Source of the DNA: Gekko japonicus | Lineage: Eukaryota | Assembly: GCF_001447785.1 (NCBI RefSeq) | Contig: NW_015167085.1 | Location: 310,001-374,000, forward strand | Reading direction: 5' to 3' | Length of the DNA stretch: 64,000 nt | Shown here: piece after piece, positions 46,375-59,828 of the stretch | How positions within the stretch are numbered: position 1 is the first letter of the stretch | How the letters are laid out: each line of letters begins with the position of its first letter | Notes under the pieces: model-generated | The model's input: the letters and a program-made list of their open reading frames with translations, nothing else | Told to the model about the DNA's origin: nothing | Databases searched by the model: none | Program-made: the position numbers and the translations under genes

Positions 46375-46808
46375 CAGGGGTGTCAAACATTTGGCCCAGG
46401 GGCCGGATGAGGCCCCCGGAGGGCTTCTATCAGTCCCGCAGGGGAACTCGCTGTCTTCTGCTTCTTCTTCCAGTTCTGCTGCTGCTGCATCATCGTAGGT
46501 TTGCAGCTTACAGATACACACCTGAACAGCAAACTCAAGATTGCAACAGCACAGACATTTTGATGCAATAATTCAGAACAAGAGGTGTCAGTTATCAGAC
46601 ACTGTTAAATAAACAAAATATTGCAAGAGTGCTAATGTTTTAAGCATGTTTTTATTTTAAGTTAAAAAAACACCTTTGTGTTTGTGTCCTTTATAAAGTT
46701 TATATCTCCGCTACCTGGCATTACATTTTATGAAACACATGGCCCGGCCCAACAAGGTCTCATTTATGTCAGATCCGGCTCTCATAACAAATGAATTCGA
46801 CACCCCTG
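46375..46808. mobile_element. hAT (Charlie-like) MITE
   Basis: TIRs CAGGGGTGTCAAAC / ATTCGACACCCCTG; 8-bp TSD CTTTAAGT/CTTTAAGG. Confidence 0.85.
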
Positions 46809-47924
46809 CTTTAAGGATTGAAATATAACCACTGTAGTGTGTTTGCTGCGGAAGAACTACCTTTGTGGAGTAGACTTTGTAGAATTTGGGGCCATCTTCA
46901 TCAAGCATTCTGCATGGGTCAGTAAACACCCATTGCAGCCCAAACCCTAGTGCCTCGCAGTACTAGTGCATTTTGTTATCATGCTTCCTGTCCAATCCTG
47001 ACAAGCCATACCTACATCCCAAGGGAGTGAATCTTGACCATGTAGAAATGGTGTTTCAAGAAAACACAACCATACCACTGCACTAATCGTAGAATTGGCC
47101 TAACTGAGGAGGGGTTGAGGCAACAGCAAAGAGGGCCTAGGAGCTGAGTGGATGATTGATATTACCTAAGCAAAGCCACTCCATCGTTTCCTAAGGTATC
47201 TCAGCCAATATTGAAAAGGTGTACTTCTTTTCTAGGCAGGTAAATTTATGGGAACTCTGGAATATTGTCACAAATTTTATCAAATATGGTTATCTTGTAT
47301 AAAAAGAATGTATGAACTGTTGAGGTGAGGCACAAAGTCATTGCGACATAGTGCTAAGAGTATTAGCACACCCTTTTGATTTACACATAAAGGGGGCAGC
47401 CTTAGATAATGTGAATGCAGTCATGTTCAAATATTGGGATGTATTTGAGAAGAAAGAATACTGGACTAACAGTTTTAAGAATTTAGCAGTATATCCTGTA
47501 TCACAAAAGATAAATGTTACTTTTAAACTAGAGATTCATACTGTGCCAACCTTTGAAACACCTCTGGATATGTGAAAATATTTGAAACTGAGGTAGAAAT
47601 TGATGAAAATGGAACAAGCAGGATCCAAAGAGAAGTGCTGAATGAAGACAAGAGTGAGAAAATGGACGTTGTCAACTATAAAGTGAAACTATTTCTCCAG
47701 GGTAATACTAGAGTTCTGCCATGTTATGTGTGACCCTGGACTGCACAACCTGCCATTAATCAGAAAAACAGCAACAAGAGTTACCTATCCTCTTGAGAAT
47801 GAGACATATTCTTTAACATTTTTTATTGATTCCAGAGAATCACACAACAACTTGAATATTAACACCCTAACATGACACCCAGCTAAATATTACTCTGAAT
47901 AAGGCATCAGTTGCTGCCGCCTTT

Positions 47925-48480
47925 ATCTGGTCCAGTGTCTGAATGTGGTGGTCAAATGACTGAGGACGAATAAACTAAAGCTGAATCCAGATAAAGCTGA
48001 GGCATTGCTGTCCGGAATGGGTGCTGCTTTAGATAAGATTGCTTTTCCTACCATCAGTGGTGGTCTCCTTTTGCTAAAAGACTCTGTTAAGAGCTTGGGA
48101 TTCTTGCTGGATCCTGGTCTCCTGCTGGGGAAACAGGTTCCATGACAGTGAAAAATGCTTTTTTTCAGCTACATCTAGTTGGAAAGCTGGTGTGCCATTT
48201 GCAGACACCTGATCTGGCCATGCTTATCTATGCTTCAGTAACCTCAAGTCTGGCTTACCGTAACAAACGCTGCAGTTTGTGGCAACCTATTTGCTATCTG
48301 GGGCCAGCTCAGGATATCTATAATAGTTTCCAGGTACAATTCACAGCGTTGGTGGTCACCCTTAAAGCATCTCATGGTCACCTTTAAAGTCTGACATAGT
48401 TGAAGGACCATCTCTCCCTACATGTTCCCACATGGCAGCTTTGTTCTTTCCAACAGCGTCTACTGTCAGTGGCTAGGACA
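47925..48480 (+). mobile_element. Old L2 fragment
   Basis: NKLKLNPDKAE, SVKSLGFLLDP, AFFQLHLV, LIYASVTSSLAY. Confidence 0.7.
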
Positions 48481-48931
48481 TATTTGGCAACAGGCAGGAC
48501 TTGAACAGAAACATAGCTATATCCCTAGGAGAAATAGTATGCAGGGCCTGGTCTCTGAGTTATTTAAAAACAGAATAAAATATACAATATGTTCTAGAAT
48601 TCGGGACACAGATTTTTGGCCTGGATGAAAATGCCATGAGTTGAATATGCTTATCAGTAATGGACAGCCACAAAAAGTGGGGCTGGTGAAATCCAGAACA
48701 AACAAAACATTTGTAAATCAAAGTGAACTTTGGTGTTATAATAGTACATCATCATAAACATGTATGAATACACATATACAATAAACGTACCGCACATGAT
48801 GGATTGGAGGATCCAGTGCTTCCATGAATGCCACAAGTTCACAGAAGTGTATTTTCTAGCTTTAACCCTGGCACGAAGATTCTTACACCATGCAAAAAGC
48901 TGCTTCAAACCCTTTAAAATAATATAAAGCA

Positions 48932-49155
48932 TGGGTTGGATTTGACAGAAATTGCCCTCACTCTTGTGTAGCAAAGCTCAGGTTCATGGAGCTCATTCTA
49001 CTGTCGATGAGGGAGGGAGATTCCAGCTGCAACTCCACCCCCCCCCCCCCCGCTGTCTATCACTCTACCAGTTGATTTTCACATGATATGTGGGGTGCTT
49101 TTGAAGGATGTTTTTGTGAACTCACTCCATTGATAGAAATATTGGATCCAACCCA
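48932..49155. mobile_element. Palindromic MITE (TGGGTTGGAT...ATCCAACCCA)
   Basis: Terminal inverted repeats seen directly. Confidence 0.6.
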
Positions 49156-49779
49156 TTGTACACACTACTATGAACTTCTATGTAAAACCTTATTTGAAAC
49201 GTATCATACAAATTACAGTGTTGCCTCAAAAGATTTGTGCTTCCAACAAAACTTAAATATGTAAAGGTGCTATAAGACAAGTGTTTATTAAAAAAAATCT
49301 AAAAAACAAGTTGCAAAACCACTTCAGAAATGCCATGGCACTTGACAAACAAGTTTAGAAAATCCCATCAGATCTGATTAATCAGATTAATATTAAATGT
49401 ATTTATTTGCTTGTTTATTTATAGTCCATGTTTCTTGCTGGGACTTTAGGTGGATTACAGGATATAAAACAGTGCAATCAGACAGCATAAGAGAACAGTA
49501 TGAACAGCAAACTATCTAAGACAATACTAAGACAAAGTAAACAGTACTGAAAGTGGAGTGCAAGGAACTGCTGTGATCAGGAGATCAGTTGGCAACCCAA
49601 AGCATAAGACATCCAAATAACACTCCTGTGGTACAGAATTAAAGGATGTTGTGAACAGCCAACTGCCTAAGGCAAGATATACTATAAACAGCGTGGTAAG
49701 TGGAATGACAAAGGTAAAGAACAATACAGTAAAAGAAGGATAATAGAATAAGCATTGCAACAAATTACAATCCTGTTCC

Positions 49780-50290
49780 GTTGTAAGCATGCAGTGGGTG
49801 AAAGGACACCCAGTTCTTATGGCGGTGTCAGCATGGGGCCAAATCCATTTTCAGGAAAGCCGGCCTGCGTGCCCATTTTCCTGAGTATGGGGATCTCCTT
49901 AAGGGATTCTGGCATGATGGGGCCGGGAGGGGGCACTGCCGGAGATTACCCTCACACTCAGGTAGCAGGAGAGACCACTCCTGGACGGACGCCCTTGTAG
50001 GATCCAGCAACCTGTTACCCCAGGGTTTCACACAACCCCCACAGGGAGGCTGGGGCGGGCAAGGGATCACCAACTGGCAGGTGGGTCCGTCAATAAACAG
50101 GATCCAGCACTCCATGCTGTGCCAATGCTTCTTGCAGCTGTAACCAATAAAGTTCTGGCCAGTTTTATTCCAATTTTATTCTAAAAGCAGTGTGTGCATG
50201 TTTTATTTGAACCTTGGGTCTTGGTACCGGGGGCATTGTTAAGGGAACGAGTGAACCCCCGCCTCGGTGCCCTCCTCACCTCCCTTTGGT
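49780..50290 (+). mobile_element. Possible LTR/DIRS-type terminal repeat remnant
   Basis: GC-rich island ending CCAATAAAGTTCTGGCC...; boundaries and TSD unresolved. Confidence 0.3.
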
Positions 50291-51912
50291 GCTGGTGATG
50301 CAAACAGGGGTCTGCAGTAGAAGTGGAAAATCAATGGAATTGCTGCCTCCTCTTCTACAAATGGAACTTCTGTCCTTTCATAGGAACTACATCATGGGAT
50401 GCATGCCACTAACATTAACAAAGAGAACAAATTGTCTGTTTAGTTCATAAAATTGCCTACTGTCTTCCTTAAATCGTAAAATAAGAAAGGCTTAGACATT
50501 AAATCACTGTAATAGGGAGATTTCATAGAGGAGGCAAAGTTGCAACTAATTTAACCAGGTTTGTAAATGCAATTGGACATCATCCCAGTGATATTTTGCA
50601 GCTAGAATAAAAATGTGTTAACAAAACTTCAGTGGAAATAAAGGTACCATAGCATTGCTTTCTCAGAATGTGCATTCATGTATACAATAAGAGGGTTATG
50701 AATCTCTCCAGCTTGGCTGAGTCTGAAAGAAATATTCTCTCTTTACTTTTCATTACATTATGAGCAATGGATTGAAGGGCATTTTGGGACACTCAGAATG
50801 AGAATCAAACAACTGGATTAGAGCTAGGTTTACCATTCCTTCTCTCTAACAGAAAATGCTTTTTGTTCTTCTCTAGACAAAGAACATAATTTTCTGTTAT
50901 ACTTCAGTAGAGCATTCTTTCCATGTGCCCACAGAACAATCTCCCTATTGATGTGCATGGGAAGTGCATCAGCATTAGCTTGGGGTTGAGGAGAGTGCAT
51001 GAGTTTAAGACCACCCTCACAAGTGTCTTTTATAACCAACTATCGTTAATTTATCCTGTTTAACACAAAACTAAAGGATGGAGAAAGCAAACAAGCATGT
51101 CATTGTGCAAAAGAGCCATTGGTCAATGGTATGCATCTGATAACCAATGTGGTATGGGTTCAAATCCTCAGTCAGACATAAAACTCAGACTGCAGTCCTA
51201 GGTACACTTTCATGGGAGTGAGGCTATTAGATAAAATGGGACTTACTTATAGGTAGACTTGCCTAGGATTGCATCTTCAGTATTTGACCTGCTCTAGTCA
51301 CTCTCCTCAAACTAACTACCTCACAGGGCAGTTGTGCGGATAACATGGTGAAGGAGAGAGCCATTTACACCCCATGAGGTCTTCCAAGAAAGGGTGGTCT
51401 TAAAAATGTTAAAGGGAGATAGACATCACTCAGGTAATGTAATCCATATTGGCCCTACTCTGTTTTTCATTTGCTGAGCAGACGTGGGTAGGTGAGACAG
51501 TGAAGATCTTACATGCAGATGTATAAGGAATTCTGTACATTGGATAAAAGCATCCAGGGTAGGGGGCACTGTGGGAGTATAGTACAGGAATTCTAGATGC
51601 CTAGGAATCATTTAGTATTAAGATCTCTGATCTTCCCTATTTCACCATTTCCTTCCAACCGTCTGTCCTCAAAACCATACAGCAGATGCCAAGTGATTCA
51701 TTCTATATTTGTCCTTAGTACAGAAATCTTTGGTTAAAAATCAGGTTAACTGCTCAAATAAGTATTGGTCTGTTGTGAGGAAGAACCAGTCCTCATCAAC
51801 CATTATCGTCCTCACATAGAATTGCCAAGCAAGAAGCCTTCGTTTTCTGTATGAAAGGTTTTCAGCCTCTGTATTAGAAATTCCTCTGCTGCTTTTTAGA
51901 TCAAGGAAAGGG

Positions 51913-51956
51913 NNNNNNNNNNNNNNNNNNNNNNNNNNNNNNNNNNNNNNNNNNNN
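51913..51956. other. Assembly gap
   Basis: Run of N. Confidence 1.
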
Positions 51957-52307
51957 TTTGGCGACCTGTATCAGACATGACCCATCAATTTGAACAAAGC
52001 CCATAAGTCATATATAGCGACCAGCAGGTTCTTAATAATCCCACTATTTTTTTAGTATTAAGCAGAAAACAGAAGATTTCATAAATCTCATTAATTTCCT
52101 AGGGGTCACCAAACATGGCTGCAAGTTTGCATTTATCTTGGTGCATCACAACTTGTGGAGGGCTGAGGTAGAGACTGCAGGCATGGCAAACAGTTAGGAT
52201 TTGAACCAACTTTCCATAACTCGTATGCTGCTTCATGGGCCACACTGCCTCTTAATATTGTCCAGTGCCTTTTATTTGTGTTTCACAATGTGAATGAGAG
52301 CATAAGT

Positions 52308-52571
52308 AGAGAAGAAGAAGAAGAAGAGTTTGGATTTATACCCTGCCCTTCACTACCCAAAGGTGTCTCAGAGCGGCTTACAAACTCCTTTCCGTTCCCC
52401 TCCCCACAACAGACACCCTGTGAGGCTAAGAGAGCTCTTGACAGAAACTGCTCTTTTTCAAGAACAGCTCTTATCAGAGCTACGGCTTGCCCACGGTCAT
52501 CCAGCCAGGTGCAAGTGGAGGAGTGGGGAATCAAACCCAGTTCTCCCAGATTAGACCACTACACCAAACTG
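52308..52571 (-). mobile_element. Squam3-type SINE
   Basis: (GAA)n tail then GGATTTATACCCTGCCC...GAGGAGTGGGGAATCAAACCC..CACTACACCAAACT. Confidence 0.85.
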
Positions 52572-52887
52572 CGCTACTCCTTACTCCATCAATAGCTCCT
52601 TTGTCTTGTAGCTTCCTTAGCTTCAGTGTTTACGTGTGAGCCTGGAACTTCTGAACTTAGATTCAGGAGCAGTTTTCAGAGCCAAGCCCACAGCAGCACA
52701 GGTAGACATAATATGAACATGTGCACATTTTTTCTACACTTTGCATATCTAGGGTGAAGAGCCAAAAGGTGATTCCTGACTTTGATCTCTGTAGAAATTA
52801 AGCACTGCCTGAACTGATGTATTTGCTAATGAACAAGCTCTTCTCGCAGATACTTTCTTCAATGATTTGTGCAATGTGTCATTTCAG

Positions 52888-52981
52888 AATGCTGAAGCAC
52901 AAGTGGAAGAAGTGGAAGATAAAGCAAGTCCCAAAGCAGTGATGTTAACCCAGCAACCTTCAGAAGACAATGAAGTATTTG
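52888..52981 (+). CDS. MBP: Golli-MBP exon 3, NAEAQVEEVEDKASPKAVMLTQQPSEDNEVF-G
   Basis: TTTCAG acceptor, G|GTATGT donor, 94 nt phase 0 to 1, in frame with exon 2; SEDNEVFG matches the end of human Golli exon 3. Confidence 0.92.
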
Positions 52982-54060
52982 GTATGTAGTTTCAACAATT
53001 AGAGACTTCGTAATATGCTTTATATCTTGCTAAACAAGCGTGCATAACAAAACTCACACTTCTTTATCTGCCCCAGAGTTGGCAACCCCCAGGAGCATTG
53101 GGGAGGCAAGCAGAGACTTTGCAAACCAACATCACACCGTGCCATGACCTCAGTTTCTCTTACATACCCAGAAATGACATCACGTTCCTAGAGCATTGTG
53201 CAGTGCTGTGACATCGCTTCCAGGGACACAACCAGAAGTGATGTGCAACACCATTTCCCCCCTGATTTATGCTCCCACTGTTCCATCAAGCAGTGGCAGG
53301 AGCCCAAAGCACAGGGGCAAGTTTCCTGGCACCCATAACTCTATACCAGTTTTACAGTACTAAAGATTCTGAACTCACCTACTGAACTCCAGTGGTTTCC
53401 CAGAGCTAGACACCACCCCAGATGATTTTTATTTACTGTGCTGGGGAATGCAAGCTGTTTTCATGTGTAAATATGGGTCTGCCAGTCATGTGAGAAAGGA
53501 AGGGTTGGGCTCTGATTTTTACACCCAAAGGGCATATGCAAATGAGAAATGCAGATCCCCTCCGTAACCCTACCTTACTTCTTTGTAAGTTTTCCCCTTG
53601 ATGCACTTTTCTTTGCAGTGAGCTCCTGTTTTGGAAGTGGCCTCAGTTAGGCAAACAGTAGTTGGCGGAAGGTGTTAAGAAAGGGAAATCATAGGAAGGA
53701 GAGCGTGTTCTGCATTCCTCACACATTTACCACTTCTGTTTTAAAACAAAATGCAGAGGTAGTCAGGGAGAAAATCAAACTCCGTTTCCTTTTTATGTGT
53801 TTTGCTGTTTCCTCATATTTTTCTGTTGTTAAAATCTGCCTAATTTTATATACCATTTTGAAATTTATAGACTATTGCGAAGCACTGAAAGTGATACACA
53901 GAAAGGTATCCTACTAAAAGTGTCAAATGTATTTTATTTAGTTTTAAATTTGCAGCATTCCTCACATGAATTTTCAGGTCTTCTCTACTGTTTATGCAAA
54001 TTAAATTTTTAAAGAAATTTTATCATATGTGAAGCAGCCCAAAGAAATATGGAACTATAT

Positions 54061-54106
54061 GTTGTCGAAGGCCATGGCCATACAGCCTGGAAAATCTACA
54101 ACAACT
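54061..54106. mobile_element. 46-bp Penelope micro-insertion with inverted segments
   Basis: GTTGTCGAAGG plus an inverted CCATGGCCATACAGCCTGGAAAATCTACAACAACT; 15-bp TSD AATATGGAACTATAT at 54046-54060 and 54107-54121. Confidence 0.75.
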
Positions 54107-56749
54107 AATATGGAACTATATTAAGAGACCCTTTACTTTGAGGGCCAAAGGTATTTCACACAGCTGGTCTCCTGTATAAAAGAAATGTGGCTGTTATGGT
54201 AAAATACTTCAAAAAACCTGTTTCACTTCTACTGTCTTACTCTTGCCATTATATATAAAAGTAGAATTTAGCTTTCCAGTTTCAGCATGACTTGAATTCC
54301 TTTTGCTGACAGGTAGAATGCCCCTGGGGGATTGGAACCTGGCTCACAAAGATGAGGATTTTTTTTGAAGAGGTCACTTCTTCATCACTTTATGCTCTGA
54401 GTAACCCACAGTGTGGTCTGGAGAAAAGTGTTTTTGATCATCCTTAACTGAAAAGTGAATGAAGAGTGAATGTTACACTTAATTTCCACCTTTAGCCTGC
54501 CTCAGAAAACATCTTACATGTTGCTCAGATCTCTTGTCCAAGCCAATATATGATTTAATCTCTTAATTTGTAAAATTCCATGTATGCTGGCACAGTATGA
54601 ATACATAACTATTATAATTTTTTTCGGCTTGTTCATTTTTATGAAAAGCCAACCACAAGCCAAGATTTTTCTTATTTCTTTAGTCCCATTAATGTGTTCA
54701 AGGACTGAAGGGGAGCCATTTTGTGCAACAGTCTTCTTAACATGTTGACCAAATGGCAGACAATATCGTCTTTACAAACAGTAAATCTAGATTTAAGGTA
54801 TCATATCTTTGCCTGCACATCGCATTCATAAAAGAAGGCTGGAATATTTCCTCTCAGTGTATATAAATTAAAATAGAGCTATTTGAATACTATATCAAGT
54901 AATCTAAGCTAAGCATTTGAATTCTTGTACTCCTGTTTCCTCCTATGGGCCTCGGCAGTGAAGGACTGTTTAATATGCAATGCTGGTGCCTCCAGATGTA
55001 AGTAAGCCTGGGGACAAGAAGCTTTGGAGTTCTAGCAGATTAAAAGAAAGAACACAGGAACTACTGTGAGCCTCATCATGATAGATATTGGCATCCTTGA
55101 ACCCAAAATTTCTCTTTGCTAAAATTCACTGAACTAGCAAATCATGAAATCGATGTATGTTTGTCTGTGTTGACTGCCTTCTTCCGTGGGCAATTCTTGG
55201 TCCGCAGTAATCATATGTGCAGAGCTCTCAGCTCTTCTTAGGTCTTACAGTCTATGGGATGGTGATGTAACAGTGAATCAAAATTACCTTTTATATTATA
55301 TGCAATTATATTGAAGGGATTCTTCTCTGATAAATGCTTTCTACTTACAGCCTGGGCTATGAGAGTGTATATTACCTGATGACTATTGGCTCCTTGTTAA
55401 TGGGCATGCTAGGGTAATGCAAACCTAATTCCCATGCGTTTCCATAGGCAATCTAATTTGATAATTATCAAGAAAGCCCTTAGCAGTATGAACAGCTCCT
55501 CTGTTTGAATGCTGTTTTCCATGTCACACCTAGGCAGCTGCAGCTTCCCTGACTAAAGCTGCCGCCAGCATGGCACATTACACTGATTGAATAAGTGGGA
55601 AAGGCTTGCAATTGCAAGCGTTCATTTCTGAAGCATACTGGTGCAACATGCTGTTCAGCAGAGAAAAGCAAATTAGGTTAGGAAAGAACTAGGGAATTTT
55701 GTCATGTTTCTCGATACGAGATTGCGGTTTGATGCTTAAAAACCTCTTGCTAGCAACTAGTAATAAAATGCATTTGTTTCAATTGTACCTCTCTTCAGCC
55801 CCAGCAAATAGATTCCAGAGCAAGCTAAATAAATTAATAAGGCTCAGTAAACTGCTCTGAGTCCAAATCCAGACATTATATTGGCCTACAAAGCAAATTT
55901 TCTATTACGCTGCTTGCCAGGAACTCCCTAAACATAATAGATAACCAGAGGACAAACAACTGAAGGACAGAAATAAAATTTACTGAGAGATAACATTATG
56001 AGATTCACATACTGTTTTCTTTAAGTAGCTGCTTGCCAGATCATCTGGATCATATTAGAAAATTGTCCTTAACCAATCATTCTTGGAAGAGTTCTTCCCT
56101 CCCTCCCCTTTTGTAGTTAAGAGTGTGTCCTAATAACTTGCATAGATGGGCAGCTAGGCTGGTAAAAATGTAGGTAAGAAAGAATTGCCTTAATAGTTTT
56201 TGATCTGTGGAGTTGACGTTGGCCCTTGATAGTGTGTGTGTGTGTTCGTGTGTGGACTGTTAGAGGCACAAGGCCAAGCCAGGCCCCTTTTCTGGTCAGT
56301 TGACAAAGTTGTTGACCTCTGGATTTGTTGACCAGGCCGGCCAAATATTTTAGGAAAAAAGCACCAAGCAGAGCTCAGAAGCTGCAGCTCTGTCTCAGCA
56401 GAGGCAAGAGGTCCTGCAGACCACGGCTGGCTGGTGATTAGTGCTAATTACCTGGGTAATATCTGAGGCCAGAGTGGGGATGCTTGGGACTGCCTTGCCA
56501 GAACATCAGGAAAAATGCCAGGTGGAGTCCAGAAGCTGCAGCTCTGTCTCAGCAGAGGCAACAGCTCTTGTAAATCACGGCTAGCTGGTGATTTGGGGGG
56601 AAGGTTCGACTACAAGGGTGGATAAGGTGGAGGTCCATTGCTTGGCTTGAACTACTGTAGGTTTGGTTGATTGTGGGTTGTTTTTTTGGGGGGTGCACTA
56701 TAAATCTGCTGCACAGCTGGTTAGATCCTCCTGCAGGTGGAGAGGAAAG

Positions 56750-59700
56750 CCAGAGTAAGCTGCAAGATGTGCCTAGGCTGGGGAAGCCCGTTGCGATGGG
56801 GAGGTGGGAGGTATGGTGGTGAGGGGACTGTTAGGTTTAGAAGGAGATTGAGGTATGGACATGCTCGGTCCCCTTCTAACCTCCCTCCCATCCCAAGGAA
56901 TGATGATGTGCAGACCTAAATTTCTTTGCCCTCCTCTTCAGGCTTCACGTTGTGCAGTGTCAGATTGATTATGAATAAGACTGCCTCCCTTAAAGGATTT
57001 ATTAGAAAAGGCGATTTTGATTTTGCATGCTTGACTGAGATCTGGGTGGACGAGGATGAACTGGTGGTTCGTACTCAACTGACTCCCCCAGGATACTTGG
57101 TCCTTCGTCAACCGTGAACAGGAAAACAGAGAGGGTGGGCATCCCCATCCGAGAGTCTTTCTACTTCAAATGGCTTCCTGCATCAAATATTGCTGTCAAT
57201 GAATGTGTAGGCCTGGCATGGAGTTCCAGGGAGAGGGTGGGAGTCTGGCTGGTTTACCGTCTGCCCAGCTTACCAGCTGACTCCCTGCTGAGGCTGGCTG
57301 AGGCGGTGGTGGAGTGGGCCTTGTGCTTCCCCCAAATGATAGTTTTGGGGGACTTCAATGTCCACGCTGACACTGCCTTGTCTGGTGCCTCCTTAGACTT
57401 TATGACTGCCATGGCATCCATTAGGAATCTCCCAGGTTGTATCAATCCCCATGCACAGGGCAGGCCACACACTGGATCTGATCTTTAGTGCAGGAATTGA
57501 TCTGGACTGATCTTTACCTTGTGAAGGTCAGTTTGAGATTTTCCTTCTCCTTCTACAGGGGCGGTGAGCTTATTTACACTCACCCACGGAGACTCATGGA
57601 TCCAGTTGGATTCCAGAACGCTCTGTAGGATTGGTCTGGCTCTGCTGGCTGCTCTCTTGATGAGTTCACTGATGCCTGGAATCTGGGCCTTCAGGAGGCC
57701 ATTGACCAAGTTGCCCCCCCCCCCCCAGTGCCCTCTTCACCCCCATACTAACTGGCGTCCCAGGTATACGGATGAACTAAGGAGGTAAAAAGGGGGCTTA
57801 GGTAGCTAGAATGGTGCTGGCAATGAACTCGTAATAAAGCAATGAAGCACTTTCTAGAGCCTGATTGAAGGCCTATGAAGTGGCAGTGAAGGCAGCAAAG
57901 CATTTTTACTTCTCTGCCTCCGTTGCATCTGCTGCGTCATACCCAGCTCATTTGTTTAGAGTTATTAGGCAATTGACCACCCCCTCAGTGGCTCCAAAAG
58001 TAGATGAAAATTTGGCTACTAGCTGTGACAAATTTGCTACATTCTTTTCAGAAAAAGTCTCGCTCTTTCACCTGCCAGATTGTGAGTCAGTAGGAACCTT
58101 GGAGCCCTGGGTGCACAATCAGGTCCATTTTTTGACACTTTCAGCCCACTCTCCCAGGTGGAGGTTGACAGGGTCCTATTGACTGTGCGACGTACTACCT
58201 GCTTCTTGGATCCCTACCCTTCCTGGCTGGTGAAAGCCTCCAGGGAAATGGTAGAAGAACCCTTAGCAGACATTATAAATCTATCACTCTCCCAGGGCTC
58301 TTTCCTAGCAGACATTATAAATCTATCACTCTCCCAGGGCTGTTTCCCTAGCTCCCTAAAGGAGGCAGTGGTGACACCCCTCCTGAAAAAGTCACTGTTA
58401 GATGAGAGGGACTTAACCAATTACCACCCAGTATCTACTCTTCTACCTCTGGGAAAGGTGATTGAGTGAGCAGCGGATGAGCAGCTCCAGGAATTCCTGG
58501 ATGAGACATCTGCCTGAGAGCCCTTCCAATCCAGCTTCTGGCTGGGGTTTGGGACTGAGACAGCTCTGAACTGCTTTTGACACAGTGGACCATTTGGTCC
58601 TGGTCAACCGCCTGGCCTCCCTGGGTGTGAGGTATACGGCCTTGAGCTGGTTCTTCTCATTCCTCCAGGGTCTGCCCCAGAGGGTAATCGTGGGTGGAGC
58701 AATGTCGTCACCATAGGCCCTAACCTGTGGAGTTCCGCAGGGGGTCGATTCTCTAACCAATGTTAATTAATATCTGAAGACGCCCTCTGGCAGAGATGTG
58801 TCAGGAGGTTTGGAGTGGAGTGCCATTAATATGCAGATGACACCCAGCTCTACCTCTTATTTAAGGAGCAACTGGTAGCTGGAATTCTGGTCTTGGCCTC
58901 CTGCCTGGATGCAGTGGTGGAATGGCTAGGTGAGAGTTTGTTGAGGCTAAATCCATCTAAGACAGAGATTACATGGCTAGGGAAGCCCGGACCACTGGGG
59001 TGTCTTTCTACGGTCGACTCTGTCAGGAATTTGAGAGTATAGTTTGATTCTTTGTTCTCCATGGACAAACATGTGTCCTCAGTTACAAAGTTTGCATTTT
59101 ACCATCCATGCCAGGCCTACCAGTTGGCTCTTTATCTGTCTCAGGATGACTTTGCCATGGTAATTCAGTCAACAGTCACCTCTATGCAGGGCTACCTTTG
59201 GAAACTACAAAGTGGTCCAGAACACAGCTGCCAGATTGCTGACAGGAGTGTCCTGGTCAGCACATAGAACACCTGTCCTATGGCAGCTGCACTTTCCCCC
59301 AGTTAGTTTCTGGTGTCAATTCAAAGTGTTGGTACCAACCTTTAAGCTCTCAATGGCCTGGGACCATCATACCTTCAGGATGACTTCCCCTGGCATGATC
59401 CTCCCCATGTTCTCCAATCTTCATCTCAGCATTTATTGGTCCCTGGTCCACAAACCATCCATCTTGTGTCAACAAGGTCAAGGTTCTCTCATATTAGCTG
59501 CTGTAGTAGCGGCCCCTGTCCTGTGGAACCAGCTGCCCGAAGGGGTGCATGCCTTGCGTACCTCCCTAAGTTCCACAGACCATGCAAGGCTGCTCTTTTT
59601 GGGGTGGCGTTTGGGTGGTTGTGGTCCAACAGGCCGTTGGTATGCTTCAGCTGTGACTTCACCGTCCACACATCCTACCCTGCTTGATAGTGGATAGATT

Positions 59701-59828
59701 TTAATGGGTATAGATTTTTAACTGTTTTATATTTTAAAGAATATTTATTGCATCTTTGTATTGTTTTTTATTGGATGCATTTTATATGCTGTTAGCTGCT
59801 CCAAGTAAATAAATAAAATAAATAAATA
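56750..59828 (+). mobile_element. Near full-length degenerate L2 LINE (APE plus RT); 5'UTR may extend to ~56230
   Basis: ACLTEIW, VWLVYRLP, VLGDFNVH, TCFLDPYPSWL, FPSSLKEAVVTPLLKK, AFDTVDH, CGVPQG, YADDTQLY, LNPSKTE; (TAAA)n tail; many stops; 42-bp tandem duplication at 58264-58347. Confidence 0.88.
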
